A DNA stretch of 64,000 bases, from the NCBI RefSeq assembly GCF_006345805.1, contig NC_043019.1:1860001-1924000 (forward strand), given 5' to 3'. A program made the translations under genes and the position numbers. The stretch's first letter is position 1, and each line of letters starts with the position of its first letter. The notes beneath the pieces were generated by a model. The model worked only from the letters and a program-made list of their open reading frames with translations, did no database searches and was not told the origin of the DNA. Below, one piece after another: positions 1 to 13,514 of the stretch. The DNA comes from Octopus sinensis (taxonomy: Eukaryota).

Positions 1-900
1 CCCACCGCCATACAACACAGCGGAGTAACAAATTCAGCAGATACATACATTCAGCCACACACTACATTAACATTCTACTCGGCAATATACCATAAAAACC
101 CCATCACCATTCTAAAACAAAATTATGAATATGAATAATAACTTATATAGAATTATTCTAGTATTAAACGTAACCTAAACCAATTAAAAACGAATCTATC
201 TATTTATCAAAGCATGTCTAAATTATTTAATAACTAATAACAAAGAAAAGTACGATAAATAGATCAATACATAAACAACAAGTTTAACATAAGGAGAATA
301 TATTATACAAAAACTTATACATATACAATTAAAATTAAGATAGGAGATCTAAAATAATACATACCTTCTATTCTATTTTAAGTTATGAAGTGAATTTAAA
401 AGTCTAACTGTTATAGCGTTTACAAAATTACGTTATCATAGAAATAGAATATATTTTTTTAATAAAACCTTTGCACGTGATGAACGAGCGTTATTTAAAT
501 ATTATGAATGGATAGAATGGAATATGTAAATCAATGTAAATAGACTAAATTTACTAAAAAATTCATTAATAAAACAATCATGATAAACGAAAACCATACA
601 TACAAATATAATGATAAAACCTCCCTTACCAAATACACATTAATAAACCTATATAGCAATCCCCCTAACAAATACATTCACACACAAATACACACACATA
701 TATTTACACACACCCACAAACATATACATATACCCACTCACACATACAAATACATACGTACAATACTCGATAAATACACCAATATATTCACACCCACACC
801 CATACAGATAAACTAAATAAATACATATACATCCATAAATATATATATATATATATTATAGAATATATATACATATATATATATATATTTATATATATAC

Positions 901-941
<41 letters not shown>

Positions 942-1489
942 CATACCTAATATATATATATATAATTACACTCACACATATCATCAAATACACATATATA
1001 TAAAAATACGCACATTCACAAAAATAAATAAATAAATAATTTATTATATGTATATTGAGTGTGTACACGCAAACTGGTGCAATTTCACACACATTCAAAC
1101 ATGCATGTATACAAGTGCATATACAAGCACACGCATTTACATAGCACTCATGCAACTCGCATCTACACATGCACTTGTACACGCGCACACATACACACTC
1201 ACCCCTGCACATGCATAATCACGGACACCCTCCTAAACATCTATATATACTAATATTTGGCTACACACAATACCCAAAATAAAACTACTATGATAAACAC
1301 CAATATAATACATGGGGACTGAATTTACTGAGAAGAGACATGAAACAATTGTAGTGGCGAATATAATTTTATTTAATTTATATTAAATTTTTTTTATGTA
1401 TTGGATTAAGTCTTTCTTTGTTTGAATTGCAAAATAGTGGTTTTGTCTCTAATTAATATTATATAATTATATAATAATATATATATATA

Positions 1490-1770
1490 TAGTGAATTGA
1501 GAAGAAATGGAGTTGAACGAAGATTGAACAGAAATCGTTTTATTGCATTCTACACGTGTTTCGAAAGCCACAATTTACAAATTCCGATTGAATAAGGAGA
1601 CCATATTGTGTCTTTCTCTTCAGGAAGAAATAGGAATTCCGTTGGCAAAGACAAAAACAGAACAGAGGCGCAGCAAAACAAATCGAACGAGGCTCCTAAG
1701 AGCCCATGGCCAAGGTATCGGTTAAACTTTTGATTAATCTGCAACAAGATTATTCATCTTTCTATTTCAC
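1490..1770 (-). mobile_element. Hammerhead-bearing short repeat (family H4), probably derived from a Penelope-like pLTR
   Basis: Flanked by (TA)n. Contains a canonical hammerhead on the minus strand. Its end (agtgaa..gaagaaatggag.tgaacgaagatt) recurs at 63874-63906. Confidence 0.55.
1548..1626 (-). ncRNA. Type I hammerhead ribozyme motif, canonical core (H4)
   Basis: Minus strand: UUC-CUGAAGA-[GAAAGACACAAU...AUUGUGGCUUUC, 11/12 bp]-GAA-ACACGUGU(palindrome)-A-GAA. Confidence 0.75.
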
Positions 1771-2410
1771 CATATATATATATATATATATTTATCACTC
1801 ACTAGCCGAACTTTTAATTTGATACATCTCTTCTAAACTCGTTGAATACAGAAGAGAAATGTGAAACGTACTTCGTTATGTGTCGCGTTATCCTCCGCAT
1901 ATACATATATATATATATATATATATACATGACAGACTTATGCACAAACGCAAGCACATACACACACGCGCACACATACATACACATGCATATATGTATT
2001 AACACACAAGTGAAATATCGCAGAGAGAAATGACTCAGGATTTGTTGCAGTGCTACGTCCACCTAAGATCGTGTTGCTCACGTCTGGAATGACTTTGGTT
2101 ATAATTATTTTCCCATAAAGGCTATTCGAAGCAATACCGAAAGCCATATTTTAAATATCATATTAGTTGCTACAAAATGACTTATCTAAATACTAAACGT
2201 TGAACTCGTATCTGAAAATATCGATATATCATAAAGCTGTGCGTAGATAATGAATCTAGATGGAGTTAAAACAACATAAATACATCACATATATGAAAAT
2301 TGAGCTTTTGAATTACTCTATCTCACTTTTAATATCTTTCTCATTGATAATAAATTATAAAAGCGATACCATAACTCGTTGTAACAGAGATGCTAATAAG
2401 GGCTAATAAT

Positions 2411-2636
2411 GATTTCAAATTTTGCCACAAGGGCAGCTTGTGGAAGGAGGGTTAAGCCGATTATATCGACCCCAGTGCGTAACAAGTATTTATTTACTTG
2501 ACCCCGAAAGGATGAAAGGCAAAGTCGACCTCAGTGGAATTTGAACTCCGAACGTGGCGACAGACGAAATATCTATTTCTTTATGCCCACAAGGGGTTAC
2601 ACACAGATTGTACAAACAAGGTCAGACAAACGGATT
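2411..2636 (-). mobile_element. SINE family B, 1.5 tandem units
   Basis: Matches the B consensus (gtcgacctc.g.ggaatttgaactc B-box region). Junction gacgaaatatctatttcttt as in the arrays. Confidence 0.85.
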
Positions 2637-2640
2637 CATA

Positions 2641-2777
2641 CTTTGCCTTTCATCTTTTCGGGGTCGATAAATAAAGTATCAGTTCCACACTGGGGTCGAT
2701 GTAATAGATTTAATCCCTTTGTCTGTCGTTGTTTGTCCCCTCTATGTTTAGCCCCTTGTGGCTAGTAAAGGAATATA
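2641..2777 (+). mobile_element. SINE family B, 5'-truncated, fused in inverted orientation to the previous copy
   Basis: ctttgcctttcatcttttcggggtcgat...gccccttgtggctagtaaagg. Confidence 0.85.
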
Positions 2778-2843
2778 TATGCTGGTAGGGATTGCAATCG
2801 CCGCTCGATCGGTGTTTTCAGGTGATTATAGCCTCTGTCACTG

Positions 2844-2946
<103 letters not shown>

Positions 2947-3020
2947 ATATATACATACATACATACATACAATACATACATACATACATACATATATATA
3001 TAGACGTAGGAGTGGCTATA

Positions 3021-3193
3021 GACGCAGGAGTGGCTGTGTGGTAAGTAGCCTTGCTTACCAACCACATGGTTCCGGGTTCAGTCCCACTGCGTGGCATCTT
3101 GGGCAATTATCTTCTGCTATAGCCCCGGGCCGACCAATGCCTTGTGAGTGAATTTGGTAGACGGAAACTGAAAGAAGCCTGTCGTATATATGT

Positions 3194-3237
<44 letters not shown>

Positions 3238-3445
3238 ATATGTTTGTGTGTGTTTTTGTCCCCCTAGCATTGCTTGACAACCGATGCTGGTGTGTTTACG
3301 TCCCCGTCACTTTGCGGTTCGGCAAAAGAGACCGATAGAATAAGTACTGGGCTTACAAAGAATAAGACCCGGGGTCGATTTGCTCGACTAAAGGCGGTGG
3401 CACAGCCATGGCCGCAGTCAAATAAACTGAATCAAGTAAAAGAGA
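3021..3445 (+). mobile_element. SINE family A (tRNA-derived head, internal microsatellite, 3' module), full length
   Basis: A-box-like gtggctgtgtggtaag, B-box-like ggttcagtccc, internal (TA)n(TG)n, 3' caagtaaaagag tail. Eleven related copies in the window. Confidence 0.9.
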
Positions 3446-3453
3446 GAGAGAGA

Positions 3454-3491
<38 letters not shown>

Positions 3492-3880
3492 CGTATATAT
3501 ATATGTGTGTGTGTATATATATTTATATTCTGGTATATATATATCTATATATATCTATATATATATATATATATATCTATATATATTAGTATATATATAT
3601 AGAAAGGAATATATATCATATTAAGAAAATGAGCGCAGAAATCCATGAATACAATGATTTATCGATTAATTACATCTTCTCCTACAGTAGTTTCATTCGG
3701 CGATCAACTTAAACTACAAGACGTATATAAATATATAAGCCTGCATTTCGAAATACCTTGGGTGAGAAATCATCAGGGCATAAAACAGAACAACACAAGG
3801 ATTATGATTAGTTGAAATAGACCAAGGTCTAAGACGATATATGCATATTTATTACGTGTGTATGTATGTGTATATATTTA

Positions 3881-4072
3881 GGCGTGGTTGCGTGGTAAGA
3901 AGTTTGCTTCTCAAGTACACGGTTCCGGGTCGGTTCCACTGCGGGGCATCTTGGGCAAGTGTCTTTTACTATGGTCTCGGGACGACCAAAGTCTTGTGAG
4001 TGGATTGTTAGATGGAAATTGAAAGTCCGCCGTATATATATATGTATGTATGTATATATAGATATAGATATC

Positions 4073-4103
<31 letters not shown>

Positions 4104-4109
4104 ATGTTA

Positions 4110-4165
<56 letters not shown>

Positions 4166-4438
4166 GATAGGTATGTATGTATCTATTCTATTATATATAT
4201 ATATACACATATACATATATATATAGGTATGTATGTATGTATCTATTCTATATTATATATAACACACACACACACACACACTTTATGTCCCCGTAACGTA
4301 GCGTTTCGGTGAAAGAGACCAATAGAATCAGTACTAGGCTTACGAAGAATAAGTCCTGGTTCGATTTGCTTGATCAAAAGCGCTGCTCCAGCATGGCCGT
4401 AGTCAAATGACTGAAACAAGCAAAAGAGTAAAAGAGTA
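3881..4438 (+). mobile_element. SINE family A, diverged, with expanded internal microsatellite
   Basis: Head and tail align to the family A consensus; ends in an aaaagagt repeat tail. Confidence 0.85.
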
Positions 4439-4605
4439 TATATGAGCATATACGCGGGGGTGCTGACAATTCTTTGGCTTTAAGGATGTCATGAAAGCCG
4501 TGGTTGGTGGCCCCAACTTCCGAATTCTTTTACACAACTTAGAAAGTTCACTACTATAATCTGTGTGAATCTGAGAAGGGAATATGTTGAATAATATCAT
4601 AGTTA

Positions 4606-4959
4606 GGCGCAGGAGTGGCTGTGCGGTAAGTGGGTTGCTAACCAAGCACATGGTTCCTGTTTCAGTCCCATTGCATGGCACCTTGGGCAAGTGTCTTCTA
4701 CTATAACCTCGGGCCAACCGAAGCCTTGAACGAAAGAATCCGTCGTATGCGGTGTATGTGTGTGTGGTGTGTGTCTTGGTTGTTGTGTGGGTGTGTGTGT
4801 GTGGTGGTGTGTTTGTGTGCTGTGTGTGTGTATGGTGTGTGTTTGTGTGTGTGTATGTGTGTGTTGTGTGTTTGTCTGTGTGTTTGTGTGTGTGTGTGTG
4901 TGTTGTGTGTTTGTGTGTGTGTGTGTATGTATGTGTGTGTGTTTGTGTGTGTGTATGTG

Positions 4960-4990
<31 letters not shown>

Positions 4991-5206
4991 ATGTGTGTGT
5001 GTGTGTGTGTTTGTCTGTCCAACATCGCTTGAGAACCGATGCTGGTATGTTTACGTACCCTGTCAGTTAGCGGTTCGGCAAGAAAGACCGGTAGAATAAA
5101 TACAAGTCTTACAAAGAATAAGTCCTGGGGTCTTATTTGCTCGACTAAAGGCGGCGCTCCAGCATAGCCACAGTCAAGTAAAAGAGTTAAAGAGTAAAAT
5201 GAGAGT
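4606..5206 (+). mobile_element. SINE family A with about 270 bp internal (TG)n
   Basis: ggcgcaggagtggct head; 3' module ending aaagagt. Confidence 0.85.
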
Positions 5207-5291
5207 TTAGTGATCCACCACTGTTTTTTTTTCACTGAAGACAGGAACATTTCAGCATCCTCATATTATATATACATCTTATATATATATA

Positions 5292-5358
<67 letters not shown>

Positions 5359-5525
5359 ATGTGAGAGCACATATATGTGCGGTAGAGTAAGCCAGTGGAG
5401 CTTGTATGATATCCAAGGATAAGACTGATTTTATTGAAAAATCAATACAATGCTGATGAAATGTAGGAGTGAAAACGGAGGTAATGAGAACGAAGATAAC
5501 ACATATGTTTATATATTATTTAATA

Positions 5526-5565
5526 TTTCTATGTTTCGGGGTTAATGGGACATCGTCAGGAAACT
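5526..5565 (-). ncRNA. Degenerate hammerhead-like motif (H7)
   Basis: GUUUC-CUGACGA-...-GAA-ACAU-A-GAAAU. Helix I pairs 5 bp and the core is intact, but helix II does not pair. Confidence 0.3.
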
Positions 5566-5698
5566 GGTGAGGTTCGAGTCTTTCGAATCATGCTATTATC
5601 TCTTGTTATCTCTTGTTTTCATTATTTTAGTTATCAATGTTTTATCTCTGTTCGCATTGTATCGGTTTTTGAAAGTTTCAGTTTTAATCTAAAACAGA

Positions 5699-5727
5699 TA
5701 GATAGAGAGAGAGAGAGAGATAAATAA

Positions 5728-5804
<77 letters not shown>

Positions 5805-5871
5805 CAGACAAACATACACACACACACAGACACACAGACAGACACACTGACAGATACACAGACAGACACAC

Positions 5872-5903
<32 letters not shown>

Positions 5904-5905
5904 GG
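5699..5905. repeat. Compound (GA)n/(GATA)n/(CA)n microsatellite
   Basis: Direct reading. Confidence 0.95.
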
Positions 5906-6574
5906 ATGCATGCATGCATGGATGCTCTGATGGAGAGACAGGCAGATGGATAGATACATATTTGCATACATTATATACACCCATACACACAAAACACACT
6001 AGCAACATCCACACAGATACATATATCTTCACACTATTAAAGGAACAGAAATAAGCGAAAGTATCACGCACCCATATTAAAATGAACACACACACTCACA
6101 CATAGGGACTTACACACTCAGAAACACACACTGACAAACACACATACATACACATATACATGCAATAAACACACATGCATACTAGCACATATAGAAGTCA
6201 TATGTCACACACACAGATAATTACACAACATTATTTATCTTGCTTGTTAACGTGTGAATATATATTTCAATTGTACAAAGAATTTCCATGACATCTCTCT
6301 CTCTCTCTCTCTCAATACAATTCATTTCCATATGATATATGTGCGTGGTACCTAGGGCATCTGTCTTCTAATTTAACCATAATATATATATATATGTAAT
6401 ATAGTATAATTGCCAAGACCATGTATTGTATATATATATGTATATAATATGTATATATAATATATATCATGTATATATATATTATATATATATATATATA
6501 TTATATATACACAAACATACCTATGAACAAAAATATATGAACATATACATATATATACGTAATATCTATATATA

Positions 6575-6625
<51 letters not shown>

Positions 6626-6871
6626 CATACATACATACATACGTATATATGTGTGTGTATGAATATATTATAAAATATATATATATATAATATAATGATT
6701 CTCATTATGTCACCTAATTTACAATTTCCGTGTACTAAACGGAAAGCGGGAACCGATGCCAAATGATTGTACACATGCATACGTACATATATATATATAT
6801 ACATTTCTATATACATGTATATATGCATACACAAATATATTTATATATTTATACATATATTGTGTGTGTAT

Positions 6872-6906
<35 letters not shown>

Positions 6907-7564
6907 ATATATTGCGTGCGTATTATATAGAATATATTATATGCGAGCTTGTGTAAGTGTTGTATACGCGTTTATATGTGCAGCTGAAATAAATTTACTT
7001 AAGTATTATTAATGCACAAAAGCTTGTTCAATCGTGAAAGCAGATCTCATGGCTAAACCACGGGCTCTCTGTTTAAGCCAATCGGCAATTTTTAACGCAT
7101 CACTGGCGCATAGATACATATGCAAATGAATAATCACAGAATCTGATGCAAATAGTAATATGGTCTTACTCATAATTAGTGGTTCGCTATTCCGTCCTTT
7201 TAGTTTCATCACCCAAGCGAACACACACTCCCACGGGCATACACACTCTTATGGGCCACCAATGAAGAGTTCTAACTACACTTCTTCGATTTCTTTTGCA
7301 CAAAGAATGTTGCGGTTTAGCCAAAGGTTTATTTATGCAACTAATATTCATGTATGTTTATGAAACGCCCGCTTGTGCACATATGAACAGCTTATTTTAT
7401 ATACATGTTTATTAACATATACACAATTTACGCACACTGTATGTGTGTATGTGCGTAATTATATTAGATATTTATATGCATACTTGTATATATGTACATA
7501 CATGTACGTGTGTGTTTGTGTGTGTGCACGTATGTGTGCCCGTGTGTGAGAATGTTTGTATGTT

Positions 7565-7600
<36 letters not shown>

Positions 7601-7850
7601 TATATATATATCAATCTATTCTCTCTGTCTCTCTACTCTGTGTGTGTGTAGATGCGTATGCCAATTTTATTTAGTACCTCTGTCTTACGAGTTCAAATTG
7701 CTCCGAAGTTTTCGATCGCGTGCTTTTCCTGCTTGATGCACTTCTCCACTTCCATAATATCCGTTAGATTATATATATATATATATATATAATATATATA
7801 TATATTATATATATATATATGATATATATTATTATATATATATATGTAGG

Positions 7851-7881
<31 letters not shown>

Positions 7882-8843
7882 ATACTATATTATATATATA
7901 TATTATATATATATGTATTATGTATATATATATATATATATATATATGATATATATATGATATATATTATATATATATATGATCTATATATGATATATAT
8001 ATATATATATATATATTATATAATATGATCTATATATGATATATATATTATATATATTATATATATATAGACATATATATATATATATATAATATGATAT
8101 ATATTATATATATATGTGTTTGTGTGATCGTGGCAAATAGAAAGGATGAAAAAGAATCAAGATATACGATACACTGTACAGTATATACATTTATTTTTCG
8201 TTATTATCATATGGCTTTTCAGCTGACATAGTTTTTTTTTCTGTTTTTGTTTTTGGGGGTATGTGGTTGGGAAAGGAATTCCGTATAGGCAGTTATTTAC
8301 TATATTCTCTATGCTCATGTTTCTGTATGAAGATATTTTAAATTCTGAATTAAGAAGCATGTAATCAGATTCTCGGTTTACAAGTAACGAAAACACTTTT
8401 GATTGAAAGACAATATTGATTCCAGACTATGAAATAGAGAATTATGAAAAGAAATAAAGGAAAAAAGCTTCGGACAATATGAACGGCAGAACATATCAAT
8501 AATGTAACAATGGGTTTGATAAAAATTATTAATGCTATTTCGCATGTTATTTATCATGAAGATCACAATGCTTTTTTAAAAATATTTTCTTTATGTTTTC
8601 GAAATTTTAACACTCTAGATGAAAGAGTTAGATATTAGTCGCTTAGTTTTCTATATTGCTGTCTCGTCCATTTTGTCCTGAAAATCTCGTGCACGATCAC
8701 ACTTAGGCACATACAAGTTTATTTATATGTGTTTGTACAAACATATAGAGAGCCGAATGTGTTGATGTATATCTTTTGATATGTGTACGCTTCAGTGTAT
8801 GTATATACATGCATAGATATATTTTATGAATGTCTATACTATA

Positions 8844-8989
<146 letters not shown>

Positions 8990-9170
8990 GGGAGGGTTTA
9001 CGAAAAAAAAAAGACGAAGACAGGTGGTGTACAAAACAAACAGATGTATTAGTATAACGCTCAGGAATAGAAAAAGTCTTTTACGTTTCGAGCCTACGCT
9101 TTTCTACAGAAAGGGACATAGAAATCAAGGAGAGAAAACAATGTGTGTAGTGGCTAACGATCTATATACA
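8990..9170 (-). mobile_element. Hammerhead-bearing short repeat family H1 (motif 9078-9113)
   Basis: Same element at 13138, 19161 and 53380. Minus strand CUUU-CUGUAGA-A-AAGC-GUAG-GCUC-GAA-ACGU-A-AAAG. Confidence 0.75.
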
Positions 9171-9388
9171 TGTTGTGTGTGTGTATGTGCGTACATATGC
9201 ATATATATGTGTATGTGTGCATGTATATAAATATAAGCATGTATGTATCTATGTCTGTAACATTTACGTATCTTTGCTTCAAGTTTTCTTTAACATTCTC
9301 GAGCACACCTCAACATGAGAAGAGCTACTACTGCGAAAATATGACTCACAGAAAATTCTTCTGTTGCACGACATGCAACGGAAAATGC

Positions 9389-9431
9389 ATTGGTCTATGA
9401 GAATGCATTGGGCTACTAATGACGTCATTGG
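9389..9431 (-). promoter_or_regulatory. Candidate cluster of three CCAAT boxes and a palindromic CRE
   Basis: ATTGG at 9389, 9407 and 9427. TGACGTCA at 9420-9427 lies within the 12-bp palindrome AATGACGTCATT. Confidence 0.25.
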
Positions 9432-9732
9432 ATCGTGTCACAATCATCCTACGTCCAAGTCTGGTTGAATGTGTTAAATAGGACTTGTTCCAACGCTCCA
9501 TCGTGCGATCTTATTTATCTATGCTCACATACGTACACTCACACACATGCGTACACCCACATATATATATATTCATACAAACATACATTCATAAACACAT
9601 ACATATACACACATATATATATATATATATATACATATGCATATGTATGTATGTTTTACATTTGGTAGTCTGAATTCTTTCTCTGAGGAAACAACTGTTT
9701 TCCAACAAGATATAATGCTCCATCGTTGGAAT

Positions 9733-10084
9733 TACTCTTTTACTCTTTTACTTGTTTCAGTCATTTGACTGCGGCCATGCTGGAGCACCGCCTTTAATCG
9801 AGCAACTCGACCCCGGGACTTATTCTTTTGTAAGCCCAGTACTTATTCTATCGGTCTCTTTTGCCGAACCGCTAAGTAACGGGGACATAAACACACCAGC
9901 ATCGGTTGTCAATAATGCTAGGGGGACAAACACAGACACACATACATACACGTACACATATACATATATATATACATATATACGATGGGCTTCTTTTCAG
10001 TTTCCGTCTACCAAATCCACTCACAAGGCTTTGGTTGGCCCGAGGCTATAGTAGAAGACACTTGCCCAAGGTGCCACGCAGTGG
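9733..10084 (-). mobile_element. SINE family A, 5'-truncated at the T-arm, young
   Basis: Near-identical to the 37426-37853 copy; (tactcttt)n tail. Confidence 0.9.
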
Positions 10085-10390
10085 ATTTTTTACTGTTCCA
10101 CTTAACGATTGTATTTGTAATTTGCGAATTAGTTGTTTGATTTTTTTTTATTGAAAACACGACTTTATCCAAACTACCATTTAAGCATTTACCGAAGAAA
10201 CCTAATGCACCAATCATTAACAGTATTTATGTGAATTTATAACCTGGATATGAATGTTTTGAAGCTGTGGTCCATAGATGTCCTATTTCCCTCTGATTCT
10301 CAAAGCAATACTCACATCAGAAGGATAGCTGACTTCTATCATGGTCCATACTTTTTCTTATCTGTCGCAAGCATTAATAACCGGCATGAG

Positions 10391-10816
10391 TACCAGTTAC
10401 GGACTGGGTTCGATATAATCGACTTAATCCGTCTGTCTGTCCTTGTTTGTCTCCTCTGTGTTTAGCCCCTTGTAGGTAGTAAAGAAATAGGTATTTCGTC
10501 TGCCGCTACGTTCTAAGTTCAAATTCCGCCGAGGTCGACTTTGCCTTTCATCCTTTCGGTGTTGATTAAATAAGTACCAGTTACGCACTGGGGTCGATAT
10601 AATCGACTTAATGCATTTGTTTGTCCTTGTTTGTCGCCTCTGTGTGTAGCTCCTTGTGGGCAGTAAAAAATAGGCATTTCGTCTGCCGCTGCGTTCTGAA
10701 TTCAAATTCCACCGAGGTCGACTTTGCCTTTCATCATTTCAGGGTCGATGAAGTAAGTACCAGTTGCACACTGGACTCGATATAATCGACTAGTCCCCTT
10801 CCCCAAAACTTTCAAG
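10391..10816 (+). mobile_element. SINE family B tandem array, about 2.5 units
   Basis: About 182-bp units joined at aaataggtatttcgtctgcc. Confidence 0.9.
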
Positions 10817-10956
10817 AGTAGAAATGATAATAATTATTATTATTATTAATGTCAATAGAAGCTATAGAGAAATAAACGATATGTGCCGAAAGTTAGTTAT
10901 ATAGATCTACCTTTAACAGTACATTAACCACACACCCACACAACAACGCACCTAAT

Positions 10957-11020
<64 letters not shown>

Positions 11021-11544
11021 AGGAGAGAGAGAGAGAGAGAGAGATCTTGTGACATATACGGATATAAATTGCTTTGGGCGATATAAGATATTGAGTTTAC
11101 TCTGTAACAAAAACGTCTTAGAAGGGCTCCCTAATTTATTATTTTAGAAAAATAATTAATTCGCACTGACTCTACATAACAGAAGACTATATAGGAAATA
11201 AATAGAATACACCTTGGGGCCTATTACTATTTTTTTCCGAATCAATACAATTTGGAATACACTTAAAGTTTCTGTTTACGTGCAATGGAAAAATCGTTTG
11301 TACAGAAATAAACATTTTACAGACAATAGTGTTTTAAGATTTTGAACCGGAAAGTTGATGCGTTATGGGTCTAAGTAGTGACAGACCAAGCCAGGACATC
11401 AATTTTATCGTCTTTGTATTTGTGTGTCTACAGGCAAAACAACGTTTTATTCATGGCCAACACGTTCGTTGGCTTGCGCAGAAACATACGTACACACATA
11501 TTCACGCATTTAAATGTATATATATAGGTGTGTATATATATATA

Positions 11545-11765
11545 CAGTTGCGGCCAAAATGTTCAGAACGGCATTGTTTTCGTCAGAAAAGTAGGTATAT
11601 GTTTTTATCAATGTTGTTTTATATTCTATAATTTTCACAGACAATAAATACGATATTATTTGTTATTGTCTGAGATGCTGGTGTAATTTGAGAGGATAAT
11701 ACAAAAGTTATGGATGATTTAGTGATTTACTGCAAAACCCATTGTGGCCAAAATGATCAGAAACG
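11545..11765 (+). mobile_element. Solo end of an IR/DR-type Tc1-like transposon
   Basis: TA|CAGTTGCGGCCAAAATGTTCAGAACG, with an inner direct repeat GTGGCCAAAATGATCAGAAACG about 195 bp inside. Confidence 0.5.
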
Positions 11766-13137
11766 TTGAAAAATTAAATGCATGTACGCTGCATATTTTC
11801 TTCGAAATATGCGAAAAAGTACAGATCATTGAATATAGAAGCTTAGTTCATTTAATTTGCTATACATCGAAAACAGTGGTTAGTGCCTTCAAAATTTATT
11901 CATTATTCATTAGAAACTGATGACTAAACAAATTCTCTTTTGCTATTTTCTGGTGCCGTGCCTTTATTTTCCATTCTGGAAATGACTAGATGTGTTTGTT
12001 CCTTTGTATTATTTTTTTCGAATTTATTCCGTTGCCCATTACGAGACTAAATATCTTTTATATTATTGAAATGTTAACCTCAGTTGGTGCATATAATGAC
12101 TAATCGTTTGAGGGGATGATGGGGTACAGAACAATTGGAAAATTATTAATAGCACTAAATACCACGAATTCAAAATCTCATTATGTAAATTCCTTCCATT
12201 CAATTTACAATTATTTAAGCAATAAAAACGAGCTGCCATGCAATCTTTTGTATCGATATTTTTATTCGCTTGATATCAGTCGTCTTAGGAATGTCATAAA
12301 ATGCAATTTGCAATACGGGGACTACAAAATTATATTAAAAATAAATTTTAGAATACACGTTTCATATTAAGGAACATTTAGAAGTAATTCTCTTTCCCGT
12401 CTTCTTCTTTTGTACTTTTATTCCAGAAATTATTCTTATCTTGTAAAGGTTCCGTTTACATTTTGCTTAATTTAGCTGTTTTGTTTTTTCTTTAAGGAAT
12501 TATTTGAAATGAATTGAGTTTGAACATTTACGAAGATAAAATTTACAGAAATTAACCCCAAATATTGCCTCCAAGAATCGTGAAACATAACCGAGCAAAA
12601 GTGTCATATTTTAATCTAATTTTACAAGATTAGTGTTATTCTGTGATTAAGACGTTCGCTAAGTTACAGTGTTCTTGACAGTTCAATCACTGTGAATGGA
12701 ACCTTTGGCAAATTCTATCGTTTAACACATGTCATGTGAGTGAGATCTGACAGAGAGAACATGTAACAACCCGTCCCAATATATAACTCATACATATGCG
12801 ATGGGTTTTGGTAAGCAGCATCGATTTTTACAATTCTGTAAATAATAATAATAATATAATATTTTATAAGCTTAATTCTTATAAGCGATCACGGTGCAAT
12901 GACTAAATAAAATAGTCTGATAACAGGAAATATAACCCCTTAACAGAAAACCCTATTTTTTTCCGCTGAGGGCTTATTCGCTCTATTACTAGACTATTTT
13001 CTTTAGTCATTGCACGGTGGCCGCCTATAAGTTTGAAACCTATGAAATACAGACATACACGCCCCCCCCCTACACACACACACGCATCCTTCTCCCTAGC
13101 TCTCCTGTGTGACCCTTCTCTCCGGCATTTGTCAAGA

Positions 13138-13267
13138 TAGATCGCTAGCCAATACAAGTTCTTTATTTTCTCTCCTTGTTTCTTTCTGTGTTCCTTTCTG
13201 TGGAAGAGCGTAGGCTCGAAATGTTAAAGACTTTTTCATTTCCCGAGCTTTATACTAATACGTTATA

Positions 13268-13273
<6 letters not shown>
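13138..13273 (+). mobile_element. Hammerhead-bearing repeat H1 (motif 13194-13229)
   Basis: CUUU-CUGUGGA-A-GAGC-GUAG-GCUC-GAA-AUGU-U-AAAG; followed by (TA)n. Confidence 0.7.
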
Positions 13274-13352
<79 letters not shown>

Positions 13353-13369
13353 CTGTGTATGTGTGTATA

Positions 13370-13514
13370 ACTACCATTAGTTTCATACTGAGATAGATGA
13401 CTCTCACCAATTATTCAAGTCTATCACGTGAGATGAACACCAAACACCAACATCCCATGCGACATATGAATAATTTCTGAGAGGTAATTCTCTCAATATG
13501 AAACCAATGGTAGT
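13370..13514. mobile_element. 145-bp MITE-like element
   Basis: 24-bp terminal inverted repeats actaccattagtttcatactgaga / tctcaatatgaaaccaatggtagt (2 mismatches). TA on the left side only. Confidence 0.6.

Noticed and set aside
1-830. NUMT or coding relic in the A/C-skewed start of the window
   Set aside because: No recognisable mitochondrial gene or motif; grades into a degenerate CA microsatellite and may be low-accuracy sequence.
1800-1880. Additional hammerhead (hairpin followed by GAAACGTA)
   Set aside because: No CUGANGA core or adjacent helix I.
3021-3100. tRNA genes at SINE heads (also 17670-17740, 44684-44760, 49980-50053, 58236-58300)
   Set aside because: A/B boxes are present but there is no complete cloverleaf, and each continues into a repeat body.
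9345-9510. 51-codon minus-strand ORF (MERWNKSY...) ending at a GTGAGT donor-like site
   Set aside because: No homology recognised and no good acceptor; within chance expectation.
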